A DNA stretch of 64,000 nucleotides from Lingula anatina (taxonomy: Eukaryota; Animalia; Brachiopoda): contig CM120640.1 in assembly GCA_051362555.1 (NCBI GenBank), positions 558,001 to 622,000 on the forward strand, given 5' to 3'. A model generated the notes under the pieces. It saw only the letters and a list, made by a program, of their open reading frames with translations. It was not told the DNA's origin and did no database searches. Shown in pieces: positions 49,038 through 62,690 of this stretch; position 1 is the first letter of the stretch, and the number at the start of each line of letters is the position of its first letter. The translations under genes were made by a program, and so were the position numbers.

Positions 49038-52000
49038 TTACTCCTGGGAGCTCCTATCACTGGCACTTTTGAGCAGCCTAGTTCTCAACTCAGCAGAGAC
49101 CATCCCTTCTGCACGTCTGAGCAATCTCGATGTGACCTTTGAGCTGACGTGACTGGACGCCACGCTGTGTCTGTCATGGCTCTTGCTCACTGACTTATGG
49201 TTTGTCATGGTTGTGCTTCGCCCACTGTCCACACTTTTTGTCACTTCCATTCCACTAGTTCTTTCTCTACTGGTAGGTCCACTTGGCTGCCTGGTTTTTT
49301 GAGACACCGTAGAAGGCCTGTCAGTGGAAAAGGATGAAAGCAATTCCCTGGTCATTCCACTTTGCTGGCGGCCACTACCTTGAGCTACAGTAGAAGGTCT
49401 GTGATAGCTGTCATAAGACAGAGATGAAGGCAGCCCGCTATCTCTGGATGCTTTCCCACTCTGAAGTTCTCTAATGGTAGTTTGTGAGTGAAAGTCTCTC
49501 CATGTGGCTTGACTGACTGACTCTCCCCTATGACTGGGGCTGGTCTGGCTGAATGCTACGTGGGTTTCTTTAGATTTCCTCTCATCAGTACTAGAACTCT
49601 TCACTGGTCTAGGGTAAGAAACTGGGTGTGCTGAACTCTCCATCTCTGTATCTCTTGATGTAGCATGTGATTTAGTTTCTACAGTCGTAAAATCATCATC
49701 GACTTCTAATATATTTTCTAGAACTGATACCTTTCCCATTTTGCTCATTTCGATAATTTTTGGTTTTCCATATACAAATTCTCCAACAGGCAACTCGGCC
49801 CTGGGTTTGGCAGGTGGTTGATGGACTGGTCTTTCCTTGTCTGTTTTTACTGGGGAGGATCTTTCTTGTCTTTCAAACTGTTCATATTCTTTCTTATGCT
49901 GAGATTTTTCCCTCTCTGCCTTGTGAATTAATTTGTCTCTGTCCAGTTTCACAATGAGCAGTTTTTCCCTATCAGTACTTCCTGTACCATCAACTTTTTC
50001 CCTGAGTTTGTGTACACCAGTATCTACTCTGTCCACATCTGTGTGAGATACGAAGCCTCTCTCTGCTATGTCCCCCATCTCCCCAGCTTCTTCCTCGGTC
50101 TTCTTCCTGTCATCCAAGACCTCTCCATACATGTTGAAGTCACTGAAACTGACCGAGGACTCGGAGGCAGTGTCCACTACACTGGGTGACTTGGTCCGGT
50201 AGCCACTCTCTCCAGACGTGGTCTGACCAGAGCTGACCTGAGCATGCTGGTCAGTGGGCAAAATCTCCGAGTCCGAGTCCTCAGACTGAAACTTCTGTGA
50301 TCCGAGCATGGTCTTCTCGCGGGTAATTTCAGGCTTCACTTCAGATCGTTTTGAATGGCGATACACAGCTTCTCCTCTGATGTGGCGTATTTCCCTCATT
50401 GCACTTTCATGGAGTTTCCTGTGGAGCAGTCCGCGCGGGGATTTCTCATAGGACGGACTTGACAAGATGTAGTGGGTGCCTGCTTGGGTCCTCACCTTGT
50501 GCCAACCTCTAAATCTGAAAGTAATAAAATATTTGATAAGATTTAGTGGGTGCCTGCTTGGGTCCTCACCTTGTGCCAACCTCTGAATCTGAAAGTAATA
50601 AAATATTTAATATCAAGAAATAGGAAGAGTACTGTAGTTCCATGGGTGAAAGTTGTAAAAACTAAAAATCCTGAAAACATAGCTTGCAATTTCTCATCAC
50701 ATTAAGACCATATGAAAAAAATGATTAAAATGAAGACTTGAAATCTTGAAATCAGGCATAATCCTGAAAACTTTCACCCATGTTACATCAAAAGAACTGA
50801 CATGTAAGAACTGAAGTGACATGTAATTTTTTTACCTGTGGTGTATTGTCTTCAATAGTATATCATCAAAATTAGACGTCTTAGTGCTGAATTATGTTTC
50901 ATACTTTGTCAAATGACACATCTAGGGGAAGATTAAATTTTCATGATTTCACAGATGCCAAAGATAAAATTTACATCTTAGTATAAAATGTTCAGTCTTT
51001 TTCAGACAATATTTGGTCAGGTCTGTTAAATGGGGGCCTGGCACCATGCGGGCATTTCTGGCATACTCCATACCTGGCATCACAGGCCCTGGCATGAGAC
51101 GGGAGGATGCCCACATCTGTATATGCCATCTTATTAACAATACAATATGTAGATATACTCCATACCTGGCATCACAGGCCCTGGCATGAGACGGGAGGAT
51201 GCCGACATCTGTATATGCCATCTTATTAACAATACAATATGTAGATATACTCCATACCTGGCATCACAGGCCCTGGCATGAGACGGGAGGATGCCGACAT
51301 CTGTATATGCCATCTTATTAACAATACAATATGTAGATATACTCCATACCTGGCATCACAGGCCCTGGCATGAGACGGGAGGATGCCCACATCTGTATAT
51401 GCCATCTTATTAACAATACAATATGTAGATATACTCCATACCTGGCATCACAGGCCCTGGCATGAGACGGGAGGATGCCCACATCTGTGTACGCCATCTT
51501 GCGGAGGAACTGTTCTGACGGTGGCTTCTTTTTCTTCACCTTTGGTTTTTTGGTGGGTGGAGGAGGTGGTTCTGAAAAAGTGGATAAATTGTTAATCAAT
51601 TATAATAACTAAGTAACGTATCAGGATTTATTTAGATTATTTTGACTTCACTTTTTGGTTTGTTATCACTGAGACAAGGCCGTTGTAGTGTCTTACTGAA
51701 CTCAGTTTTACATTTCTTGTCACAAGTCCATTTCATAACCAAATGCAGTGGGAATGCTTTTTAATGTGAAAAAAAAAAAATAATAATAAAAATAATGCAG
51801 ATACAAAGCTGAGTGTAAGAGACAGTTGTTACCTGGTTTTTGTTTTTCTTCCAGCCTCTCTCTGTAGCCTGGCATAAGGTAGTCCAGATCTGTGTCCACT
51901 AAATGTTGATAACGATTCTCCTGAAATGACATATGGGATATTGCCATGTGTGTCAATGCACCTTTGAAAATATTTCAGATTTAAAATCAGTAAATGTTAA

Positions 52001-55000
52001 AATGGAACTGTTTACTCATTTACTTTTTCATAAATATATAAAGTTTAGACAAATCAAAGTCTTATAAATTTATTCTAAACATTCTAAGAATTAACAAATA
52101 GCTAAGTTCCGCACCAGAGTCTCCATTTCAAACTGTAGACTCTGAATGAGATTCTCGGTGTCTTTGATGTCTTTATCTGTCACAGTCATGGAGGGATGAG
52201 GCCTCACGTAGGTGTCTACTTTCAAAGGACGCCTTTCAGCACTGTCAGCTACAAATCAAACACAATTTCTTTATTCTACATCAATGATAACCAGAGATTT
52301 ATATCACATACTATTTGTGACCAATTTGGAATCTGTTCAAGCTCAAGTTGACACAAACAATGAAAATCTGATAAGTATGTTTCATTTCTTTTATTCACAG
52401 GAAACAAATAATATTGAAAAATCATGCATCTTTTATTATAAATATGATATGCAAATTTGTTACAAACACACTTACTCAACTTAACTTTCTACCAGAACTG
52501 TTAAATAACTCAGATCATTTTCTGTTTAAAATCTTTATTTCCTAACCTACATTTTAAATAACTGTTTAAAATCTTAATTTCCTTAATCTCTGTTCTATAT
52601 TTTAATTTCCTTACTTTCAGTTTTCTTAGCTCTGGCCTTCTTCATCTGTTCCAGGGTTTCGTAGACAGTCTGTGGTCTGATGTCGTTACTGGGTGCTACC
52701 ATGGTGGGGTCAACGCGGTCATACATCTCCAAGTCAGGGGCAGAGATAGGGCGTGGTCGCACGTACCCTGCCTTGGCATGATACACACGCTTCTGAGCGT
52801 TCACTACTTCTGACTTCAGGTGCTGGTATTTGCCTTTGTGGAATTTTACCTTTTAAATTGAGAAAAGATATCTCCAGAATACAAGCTACAAAGAGTTGTC
52901 TTTCTAGTGTCATATTGGGTGGTCTATCTTAAAAAGTAAAAGATATGAAAAGTCATCTTAGCTGATATATTATCGATACATATTTGGGATATCCACCCTT
53001 TATTATCTTTTATCTGAAAAAAGATGTCACAACTGAAATTTTACTCCTTCTTTCTCCATTTTATACAACTGTGCTACTTCCCAAACAAAAACCTTACCAT
53101 TTGCTTGCGTTTATCCGTGGCTTTCACAGGGGGCTCTCGGCTTTGTTTTAACGACTTGATGATTTCTTTTCCAAAATCCCATTCCTCATTCAAGTAATTC
53201 TGGTTAAGATGTGTTGCTATGACTTCATCCTGGTGGTGCAGCAAGTCTTCAAAATCATCCAACTGAAGGAGAGAAATGTTCACAGCTTGGTACATCTTAT
53301 TTCTTCAATTCTTGTGTTATACAGACATTTTTTAAAACAAGTACTACTACTAGTACAATGTTCCTTTATATCAAATTGAAAATGCAAACAATGATATATA
53401 TAAGCAAGTCTTCCAAAATACTTCTCTAATTTTTCAAAATTATATACAAAACATGATCAGATGAAAAAGAGTTATATCAATAAGTTAACATAGAGACAAA
53501 ATAATGATGATATTAATACTAAAATTCTTACTTAATAGAAACCTAAAGCCCTACACCCTCAGCAAGCTGATACATCTACTGTACACCCAAACCTGCTTCA
53601 ACTAGTGGGCGACACTTTAGATGATATAAAACTAATACTAAACAGCACTTGTCTGTAAGTACAACTCGCCTGATGGAGCAAGCCGCTGCTTGTTACCTGA
53701 AGATCTACTAGCTCCAGTTCTGTTTGCAGAGCTTTGTTTTCACTATCACTTGCAGGGACAGGCAATGCCCTTAATCAATAATGTCAATGTTTGCTTTCTG
53801 GATTTTGTTACTAACTGGATAGTGCTGTGATTGGTATTCTAAAGAACTGGAAACTTACTTTGACACTTACATCCATACTAATGCATTTCATCTACCTGAC
53901 TTGTGGAGCTTTTTTGTGATGAATAAAGTGTTTGATCAGATTCTAGTTTTCTGGGATATTTGTAGCCCTTAGGGCAAGATCTATACTTTTTTGTTCTTCT
54001 CCTACAACATTTCATTTTTCTGGTGGCAGATTTGTTTAATTGATTTATCAATGCTATTAATAACTTTGTTAAAAATGATCATTTCTGTCCATCTATTTTG
54101 TTAACTGAACAGTGTGACTTTAAAAATCCACAATACAATGCCTTTCTCTTCACTCAAATGATGTCACACTGAAAAGGCCACAATAAATTCTGAAAATTAA
54201 ATAAGTGCTAAACAATTAACCTGGTCAGACCCCTTTTTGATCTTGACTTTAGCAGCCCTGCAGGGACCTTTTGCAAGAATTAAAAATACAAAAAGTTTTG
54301 GATCATTGAGACAGTAAGAAATGTGCACAGCTTGCCGTTCTCTGATTATTGCTAAATATACAGACACAACAGTGAGTGAAAATAAAATAGTTGTTTATGT
54401 ATGGAAAATAGATCAATACCTTATAAAGTCCATATTTAGTTTTACCAGTAGCTTCTACTTTGCTTGGTCTCTCTACTTGGACATCTTTATACAAGTCACA
54501 CCTGACAATGAATAACAAATTATATAAAGAAAAATGAAAATAATTTTTCAAGTGTCAGTGATTTGTTAAAAATTGTTTGGTTTGAGTTTTAAGCATTAGG
54601 ATGGACAAACCATCTTAAATGAATTTTCGCAAATACATAATAATACACAGTAAAATGTACTTGTAGGCAACAAAGCCTACTGAAATAAAGAAATAAATAT
54701 ACAGCACACATCTTGGAACAAAATATTAACAAGAAAACCAATAAATATATGTTTTTACATGATGAAGAGGAGATCAATAATAAATAGAAATGCAGAGTAA
54801 TCCACTTACCACAAAATGAGGTCTAGAAACTCGTAGAGTTGCATCCTACCGTTTTCGTCAAAGTTCTGACTCATGTGTTTTAACCTCTGCATCATCTTCA
54901 GTGGGGCTATTACACGACCACACATCTGGAAAATAACACATCCCCAATCAAAATGAATAAATAGTTCATAACCAAACATATATTTCCTGCTTTTACTTTT

Positions 55001-55230
55001 TTCCCACTTTTCTTGAAATTGTAAATATTCCTGCATATAATATTATAAAAGTGGAAGTGTTCATAGCAAAACATTTTTTTTTGCTTTAATTATTTTTCTG
55101 TTTTTTTTTTTCTTTTTTTTTTGCTTTTTTCTGTAAATGTTAGTAATTCTGTCTAATCTGTTATAAAGAGGGCCATGTGGAGGATAAAAATTATATATTT
55201 ACCAGTTTTTACCACCAATAAATAAAGTTC

Positions 55231-55287
<57 letters not shown>

Positions 55288-57250
55288 CAGAACTACATTA
55301 GTGGTGGAATGAATGGAGGATTACCAGGTTCACTTGTTATATACAGTGAATTAACCACCCCTCTTAACACAAAACACCTTCCCTCAGCCACTCCTGTCTT
55401 ACAATGCCTTTTTATCCCTCTATGACAACAAGAACAGTGTCCATATTATAGCACTTCAAACACGTATCCAAGACGGCCTTACAGCAATGAATTTTAAAGT
55501 GTTTTTTCAGGAGAAAAGTTGTAAATGGTTTCTTTGTCCACATGACTGTATACACAAACTGTACAGCCAGCCATGACTGGTGCTTAGTTTATATACACAA
55601 CTGTACTTCCACTGTGGCAGTCAGTGTGATAAACCTCTCTGCCTACCAGTCCCTCAAGATACTAGGGTCTTAGGGTGAATTCACAAGGAAGCTATTGTGT
55701 ATGTGTGTGTGTGTGTGCATGTGTGCATCTGTGTGCATGTGTGTGTGTGTGTGCATGCATGGGATAAAGCACAACAATTGGCCACATACAAATGTATATG
55801 TACAATGTCAAATCTATATCTGTAATAGCAAAACAAAGAACTTTATATCATACATTGTAGCTGAGGATATAAAACCTCACTCCTCAACAAGTGACAACTA
55901 CAATCCATTGACTTCCTTTAGAACCATTCAGTAATTATTCTAATTATTCTTCCATGTTCATAGCTTACCTTCAATGCCCTGAGCACAATGTGTTCATCTA
56001 CCAGTATTCCCTTCATGTCTCCTGCTTCGTATACCTGGTAGGCTATCCTTACATCCTGCAGCTCTTCAAAGCTGAACAAAATAACATCGTCATTGAGCAA
56101 AACTGTTCATTAGCTTGGTAGTTGGATCATAAATGAAATTATCAAACACAAGCCGAAAAACTTTCACACCATTAGCTTACGGTCAACCTGGACGAAGGCC
56201 TTCATCAGACTGATATGAGTAGATGTTGACACCCAGTGACTGCTACGTGGTATAGGGGCCAGGACCTTCTTACGAATGTCAGGTAGATCAACCCCCCTCC
56301 CTATTCATCGGTTGGCCGTAAGCTAGTGGTATGAAAGTATTTCGGTTTGTGTTTGATAATTTTCATTTATAACATCGTCATTATTCTTTATATATGGGGG
56401 CATCACTCTGCAGGATTTCTTTAGAGGTCTGTTCACTGAATCTATTCTACTTCATAAATCAGTTTATTTTATCAGAACTTTTAATTTAGTTTAAGGGGAT
56501 TAAGGTGAGGTAAATCAAATTAATTTAGAGATCAATGATTAATACCCAAGTCAGGCCTGTGTGAGAAATCTAACAAAAGTACTAGTAACTACATTGTATA
56601 ATTTATATATCTGGTATGAAAATAATCTACTTCATAAATCAGTTCATTTTATCAGAACTTTCAATTTAGTTTAAGAGGATTAAAATGAAGTAAATCAAAT
56701 TAATTGAGAGCTCAATGACAAAGACATAAGTCAGGGCTGTGTGAGAAAACTACCATAACTAACTCCAGGTATAATATACTAAACATGAAAAATTGGTGTT
56801 ATACCAGGTTCAAATCATTATCGAATATATAAAAAATAAATGTCTATATAATTATCTTGACAAAAATCTCTAATCAGTGGCAGTGTAAACAGCATCAGTC
56901 TGTATCACCCGGTTACTCCTGAATGTCAAACATTTCTATATCCTGCCCTTTACCAGGGTTACACTGAGATTTTTCACTAGAATTCCAGAGTTTTTTTTTT
57001 TTTTTTTTTTGGCTAATGCTGTGCACGCTACTGTTCTGTCCAGTATACATGATGGATTCAAGCGTCCAAAGAGAATTTTAGTTCGGAATTGACATCATCA
57101 TTCTGCTGGCTTTTGTGTACGTGTGTGTGCATGCGTGGATGCATGTGTGTGACGGGGAGGGGGGGGGGGGGGAGAGGGGTGTACATACCTGAGAGCATGA
57201 TAGTCTAACAATCTCACAGCTCTCTTTACTACACATTGGTTCCAGTCTGC

Positions 57251-57282
<32 letters not shown>

Positions 57283-59647
57283 TGTGTGTGGGGGGGGGGG
57301 GGGGGGTACTAGTACATACCTGAGAGCATGATAGTCTAACAGCCTCACAGCTCTCTTTACTACACACTGGTTCCAGTCAGCTGTGTGCATGTTGAAGGTC
57401 CTGTGCAATGCTTTCACAAAGTATTTGTAGTCTATCATTCTGTGGAATTCCTGAAATAAAGATGACAAAATCAAAATGGTGCCATTTATAAATATCTACA
57501 CTTTTTAACCTCACACATTTGTGACAAAGGTTTTGGAATAATCTTTTCCTGTCCTGCCATGCATCTTTGTATCCATCCACTGGTTCATTTGTTATTTCTG
57601 CTACCTCTAGCTAAACCATTAGAAACTTGAAACTGATTGACAGGAAGATTTGGGGGCTCCATGGAATTTTAGTGCACATGGGGGTTCTATTTCTTCACAT
57701 AAAAAATTTTTTCATCAATACATTTAAATAGCCATGCATGAAGGCATATGTTGTAATAATTATGACATTTATTATCAACGGTGAAGACCCAGGCAGTGAC
57801 ATACTAGTAGATACCTGGTGCTCCTGGAGCAGTTGGAAATAAATTTTTTTAACAAAGAGCTTATTATTGGAGAATCTAACTTGCAAAAATAATGATCATG
57901 TTTTATGTTGAAGAACAACAGTAGTAGGACCCTGGGTTCTCTGCGGGTAGGCTAAACCTGGGGGTGGGGCTGTCCCTGGGGATGGGGCTGTCCTTGGAGG
58001 TGGGGTTATCCCTGGGGATGGGGCTGTCCCTGGGGTTCTATACCTGGGTATTGAATGGCAACCCATCAACAACATCTAGAATACATTTGAAACTATTACT
58101 AGTGCATCATACAAATTCAAAATTACCCTTATAGTAATGATATATTTTGCATAGGAAAATTGAAGAAGTTCACTAAAACAGTATATGGCTATATATCTAT
58201 TTCCTTCAGGAAAGTAATTTTCTGCAAAGACTCAAAATACAGTATACACAAAACTATCAAGCATAAATAATACAAAGGCTTTTTACGGATAAACCAGGAG
58301 TAAAATCAACTGGTGTAACAGCTGTCTGGTTTTAAGTACAGTTTTTTATTTACTTTCTGTCAGTCAAAGTGGTTGTATTTAAAAAACTACACCCAGTCTG
58401 GGGAAGTTATATACTCTTTTGAATACATATTTGTCAGTGAAATCTTGCTCTTCAGTGAAATTTTCCACCAGAATTAACACCAATACTTTTGCAACTGCTT
58501 AAAAAAGCAACAACATTTAGCAAAAAAAATGTTGAACATAAATGTTTTAAATTACTAGTCAACATTTATTGCATTTTTCTATTCTAAAAATGTAAAGGTA
58601 ACTAAACAGGGGTGTTGAACCTTCACATATATTCTATTGAGGCATCTGTTGTAATAACATTTACTTTACAACCCGATACAGAAGCAGCTCACAAAAGGGC
58701 AGGTTTTAATGAATGAAATTAAATTGTAACTGTGACACATGCCTACAGGTGCTGCCAATATACAGAGAATAAATCCCGTGTTTACTTGGCAAGAAAAGAA
58801 ATGAGCAATAAATTATAACTTTGTTTATTTTCTAATCAAGCGTCTCCCAGCAAACTGAATGTAGCTCGCTGCTCCACATTTGAATTTCATTCAAAACGGG
58901 AACAATAATAATCATAATCCAGTGGTAAAAAGACTAGGGTTTATATTAAGGCTGGCACAGTTAATATAACACTGGCAGCTGGGACTCTTGGTATATTATT
59001 TACTACTAAATAAAAAGCAATCTATTTATTTACAAGAATGTCCATGACTACAGCTATAGCATATATTTTATGAGGACCGGGGGAACAAAAATCCTATAAT
59101 GTAACTGAGAAGACTAAGCATAATATGAAAATAACTGAGATAAAGATATTGATCAGTATCAATGTAAACATATTTTTTCTGTAAATGGATATAAGCTAGT
59201 GCCTTGCATTTTCATCAAAATTATCACCTCTGCCAAGGAAAATATGTAACCACCTTGTTTTGTCTGATTGTCAACACTATTACTCAAAAAGTTGGTTTTT
59301 GATGACATTTTTAGGAACGTCCAACTCAGAAGTGTTTAGATTTTGACTGGATCACCATCTGAATCTAGGAATTTCTCACCATCGCAAGATAGGGACAGTT
59401 TGATTATTTTCACTTATAACTGCTCCAAAAATATAGTTTATTCATGAATAATGAGAATTTAGCTAATTAATTAGTTAATTAATAAATAATTAATAACAAT
59501 GAGTTTTCTGGCAGAGTGCTTTTCAGGTCATCACAACAATTATTGCACAAATATTTTACATGTGGAAACATCTAAACGTTAAGTTCAAATTAACTGCAAA
59601 GTAAAGCAAAATAACTGTGCACAGGTCCTTATGGTATTGTCTTAACT

Positions 59648-59702
<55 letters not shown>

Positions 59703-61752
59703 CATGACATTGAGCAGTAAATGTGTATATATGACTTGGCATTTGCTGGCTCACTAATTTATGAAGAGTAGTATATATATACATGTATATACATGAATTC
59801 AATACTAGTACAGTAAATATAATAATGAATATATCAACTAAATCATAAAACATAAAAGTTTTACTAACCGGGATGGTAAGTCCTTCAAGATCCTTAACTG
59901 CCTCATTTTCCGGAATATTACTACGGAAAACATTGTCTGGAAACTGGAAGATAATGAAAAAGTAATTAGTGAATTCTTTGAACAAAATAATAAACATAAA
60001 TATATAGAATAGTTCATTTTTGTGCTGATATAAAAAAAGTTACTAAATAAAGTTATATGTATGTCCTTTCCAGGGCTTTCCTTTGTGATGATAAGTATAT
60101 GTAACATCAAAATATATATATTTTTTATAGCAAGTAAAAGACAAAATTGATATTTTTAAGTATACAACCAGCCATCTCATACAGTGTGTTAGTCCTACAG
60201 AAATTGTTTTTTGATTATTTTTTGATTATTTTTGATTATTTTAGCTAATTTTTTCTATATTTCAGGGGCGGATTTAGGGGGTCTTCTGGGTCTTCCGGAA
60301 GACGGTCAGATTTTCAAGTTTACATTGACGGGTATCTAATTATTTCTGTCGGAAGACGGTCAGAAAAAGGAGGATGGATCAACAAAGATAATTTGGAAGA
60401 CTGTCAGAAAATAACTCTGGATCCGCCCCTGTATTTTATTCCATTTTTTAAAATTTAAACTACAGGAGATAGCAGCAGAGTTTCTAACATCCCCAACTAA
60501 TGAAAACATAAATCCACACTACAAATCCTTTCTCTAAACATTCAACAGAAGCAAGACTGATATTCCCACGTCACTCAGATATTTATCTAAAGTCATTTTT
60601 CAATCAGTTTGGGCATTCTTTATTTCAAGTGATTTTTGTTCAAGTGCAAACTCTGACTCCATTTCTATAGACAGGAAATGATGTACAAATATTTGATACT
60701 GCAGCAGCATCCTTGAGGACTGACTACAGAAATCTATAGCTCATACAAAGCATGGTTAATCAAATGGCAGCCAAGGGAATTCAGGTCTGAATATAAATGA
60801 AAGGTTACAGTGAATAAGGTATGATTAAGATCATAAGAGCAGATATGTCTGCAAATAAATTTGTAATTAAATATTTAATACTTATCAGTGACAGACATGT
60901 TGAGAACAGAAGTAAAGTTACATGTTTATGAGTCTATTAACAAAGTAAAAGATTTCTCAAGGCTGTAAGTATATCATATCAGTACAGTTTCTAATACTAT
61001 CTTTAGATGTATTCAAGAATAGAAAATATTGATGATCTGTGCAGCGTACTTACCCCCAAAGACCTGGCAAGACATCTGAAAATTAAAAAATCAATATCGA
61101 TTTTAAAAAAATCAATAAAATGTATGATCATATTTTGACATAAACATTGTCAGTAAAACCATAAGTTCTGAAATTCACAATTTTATCCTACATGTCAGAA
61201 AAAAATGGGGAATGTCAACAAAATATTTTACTGTAAAATCAATGGTCAAACTGCAGCATCCATTTACTCATGCATCGCTAACTGTCTGGTATTTGACTTT
61301 GCAGATATTGTTATGAATGTTTATTTTGAAATACTTTCACCAGAGAGTAGAAAAGGAAGCTTCTGAAGATGGTAACATTTTATTCCACTACATGTACCTT
61401 TAGAGGAGCAGACATTTCCACGATACTAACATGATCAAAGCCAAAGGTAGGGTTCCCTTACTGTACTTTCCAACATTGTAAATTAACCTAAGTTTCTACA
61501 TCTAAATTTAAACATCAAAATATTTCAAATAAAATAGGAAGTAAAGTATTTAAAAGTGTGGACAAGACCGCATAAAACTTTAATATCGATTTCTGATTGT
61601 CGCTGTTGCACTGATTGATTCAATCTGAATCCTAAGATCAATACTTGGCAAACACTTGACTTAGGCAAACTTACTTGCTTGGCAACTTACCCCATTTCTT
61701 CCCAAGTGAAAAATCCGCGTCTGTGCGGATATTTCAAATGAATCATAGTCAT
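49038..61752 (-). CDS. Uncharacterised ~920-940 aa protein with an EF-hand-like segment and a long Ser/Thr/Arg-rich disordered tail
   Basis: Phase-compatible GT-AG exons: 61752 (or 61695)-61691, 61075-61054, 59943-59869, 57450-57320, 56071-55969, 54925-54810, 54501-54420, 53262-53098, 52849-52615, 52248-52115, 51920-51833, 51571-51442, 50514-49038. It contains SFEELQDVRIAYQVYE...LRALKMCGR and an EF-hand-like FDENGRMQLYEFLDLILW. The 5' exons and the 52115/51920 junction are the least certain. Confidence 0.75.
50471..50610. repeat. 74 bp tandem duplication of the terminal-exon acceptor and exon start
   Basis: AGTGGGTGCCTGCTTGGGTCCTCACCTTGTGCCAACCTCT(A/G)AATCTGAAAGTAATAAAATATTT twice. Confidence 0.92.
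50641..50782. mobile_element. Short MITE
   Basis: 14 bp terminal inverted repeats CATGGGTGAAAGTT / AACTTTCACCCATG, with internal AATCCTGAAAA repeats. Confidence 0.7.
51060..51500. repeat. 92 bp tandem repeat (~5 copies) consisting of an exon 3' end plus splice donor
   Basis: ACTCCATACCTGGCATCACAGGCCCTGGCATGAGACGGGAGGATGCC at 51065, 51157, 51249, 51341 and 51433. Confidence 0.95.
55231..55286. repeat. (AAT)n microsatellite
   Basis: Pure AAT run; similar runs at ~59648-59700 and ~41130-41190, and (AAAT)n at ~43918-43955. Confidence 0.95.
56129..56370. mobile_element. MITE with ~60 bp terminal inverted repeats
   Basis: ATAAATGAAATTATCAAACACAAGCCGAAAAACTTTCACACCATTAGCTTACGGTCAACC / GGTTGGCCGTAAGCTAGTGGTATGAAAGTATTTCGGTTTGTGTTTGATAATTTTCATTTAT. 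Confidence 0.85.
56445..56755. repeat. Imperfect ~181 bp tandem duplication, intronic
   Basis: TCTACTTCATAAATCAGTT...TTTATCAGAACTTT...AAGTCAGG...CTGTGTGAGAAA twice. Confidence 0.85.
57100..57385. repeat. 131 bp duplication of an exon 3' end plus donor, with (GT)n and poly-G tracts
   Basis: ACATACCTGAGAGCATGATAGTCTAACA...TCACAGCTCTCTTTACTACACA.TGGTTCCAGTC at 57183 and 57314. Confidence 0.9.
60263..60431. mobile_element. hAT-like MITE
   Basis: Terminal inverted repeats CAGGGGCGGAT / ATCCGCCCCTG, with internal GGAAGAC(G/T)GTCAGA repeats. Confidence 0.75.
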
Positions 61753-61779
61753 TCTGATCTTCCTCTCGTAGTCCTAAGT

Positions 61780-61935
61780 TAGGACCGTCACTTTAATCAA
61801 CTTGAACGCTCCTGGCACTCCATTTATCTGGTATCCAAGTTCAATAGTTTGTGTAGGCCGCCATCTTTTGTTGACACTGCTGTTGATTCGAGTGCTTGTA
61901 CGCCCGGTAGCGGGCCAACAATTGCCAATAAAATC
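61780..61935 (-). promoter_or_regulatory. Promoter/5' UTR of the uncharacterised minus-strand gene
   Basis: YY1 consensus AAGATGGCGGC on the minus strand (~61858-61868), CpG enrichment and two short upstream ORFs ahead of the main frame. Confidence 0.5.
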
Positions 61936-62690
61936 AAGTAAAACTACAGCACTCAGTTTCTTGTACTAATACATCTTTCTTAAGAATGGCTGTATGTTAA
62001 TATTAATATTATCACGTCTCAATACAACCAAATTTAAAAAGAACCAAAAAATTCAGTAAAAACTTAAGATAAAAAGAGCAGAAATGTGATAGGTGTGCTC
62101 ATCCTTCACAATCGTCTCACCTAGCACATTTTATATTAACAACTGCATGCGTTTGTGCAGAAAAAGTTTTTATGACTATCGCCCGGATTTCGCAGCAATT
62201 ACAGGGTTTTTTTAAAAGCAACATATTTTTTTGAAACTGCGGTAATTCGTTCAAAGCATTATAGTGGTGTTTTCTTGTATAGTGTTGCAAAGAGATGATA
62301 TATTATAATTGTGCATCTTTGACAGGATAAAAGTTTCCAAAGGCATTTGTTATTCACTATGTTCTCGCAGAAAAAAATATCAAAAACAGAAAAAAATAAC
62401 ATCTTCAAATCTGCTTGAGGAGCTAAAGAGGGGAGATAATGTTTTTAAAAGCCCTCGTTTCGAACCCTTCCAAGCTATCTTATCTAGCCTACTTTCTCCA
62501 AGAAGCATTACCTGGAAAGTCTAGTGCAATAGTATCAAGGTTTACCCGGTAGGGGGTGGGTGGGGGCACATGAGTTAAGTATTCTTTTTTCATACCATCC
62601 ACTGGATAATAGTTAAAATATATGACGCATGATTTTCAGGACAACGGAATCTTTTTTCTCGCTTTTTTGGGAGTAGTTGGGGTGGGGTGG

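Noticed and set aside
53697-53770. Exon-like segment (ALPVPASDSENKALQTELELVDLQ) with a donor
   Set aside because: Weak acceptor and a phase incompatible with the neighbouring exons.
57895-58075. Pro/Gly-rich frame built from 18 bp repeats (PGTAPS)n in an intron
   Set aside because: The flanking exons join in frame without it and the frame ends in a stop; treated as a minisatellite, though a minor alternative exon is not excluded.
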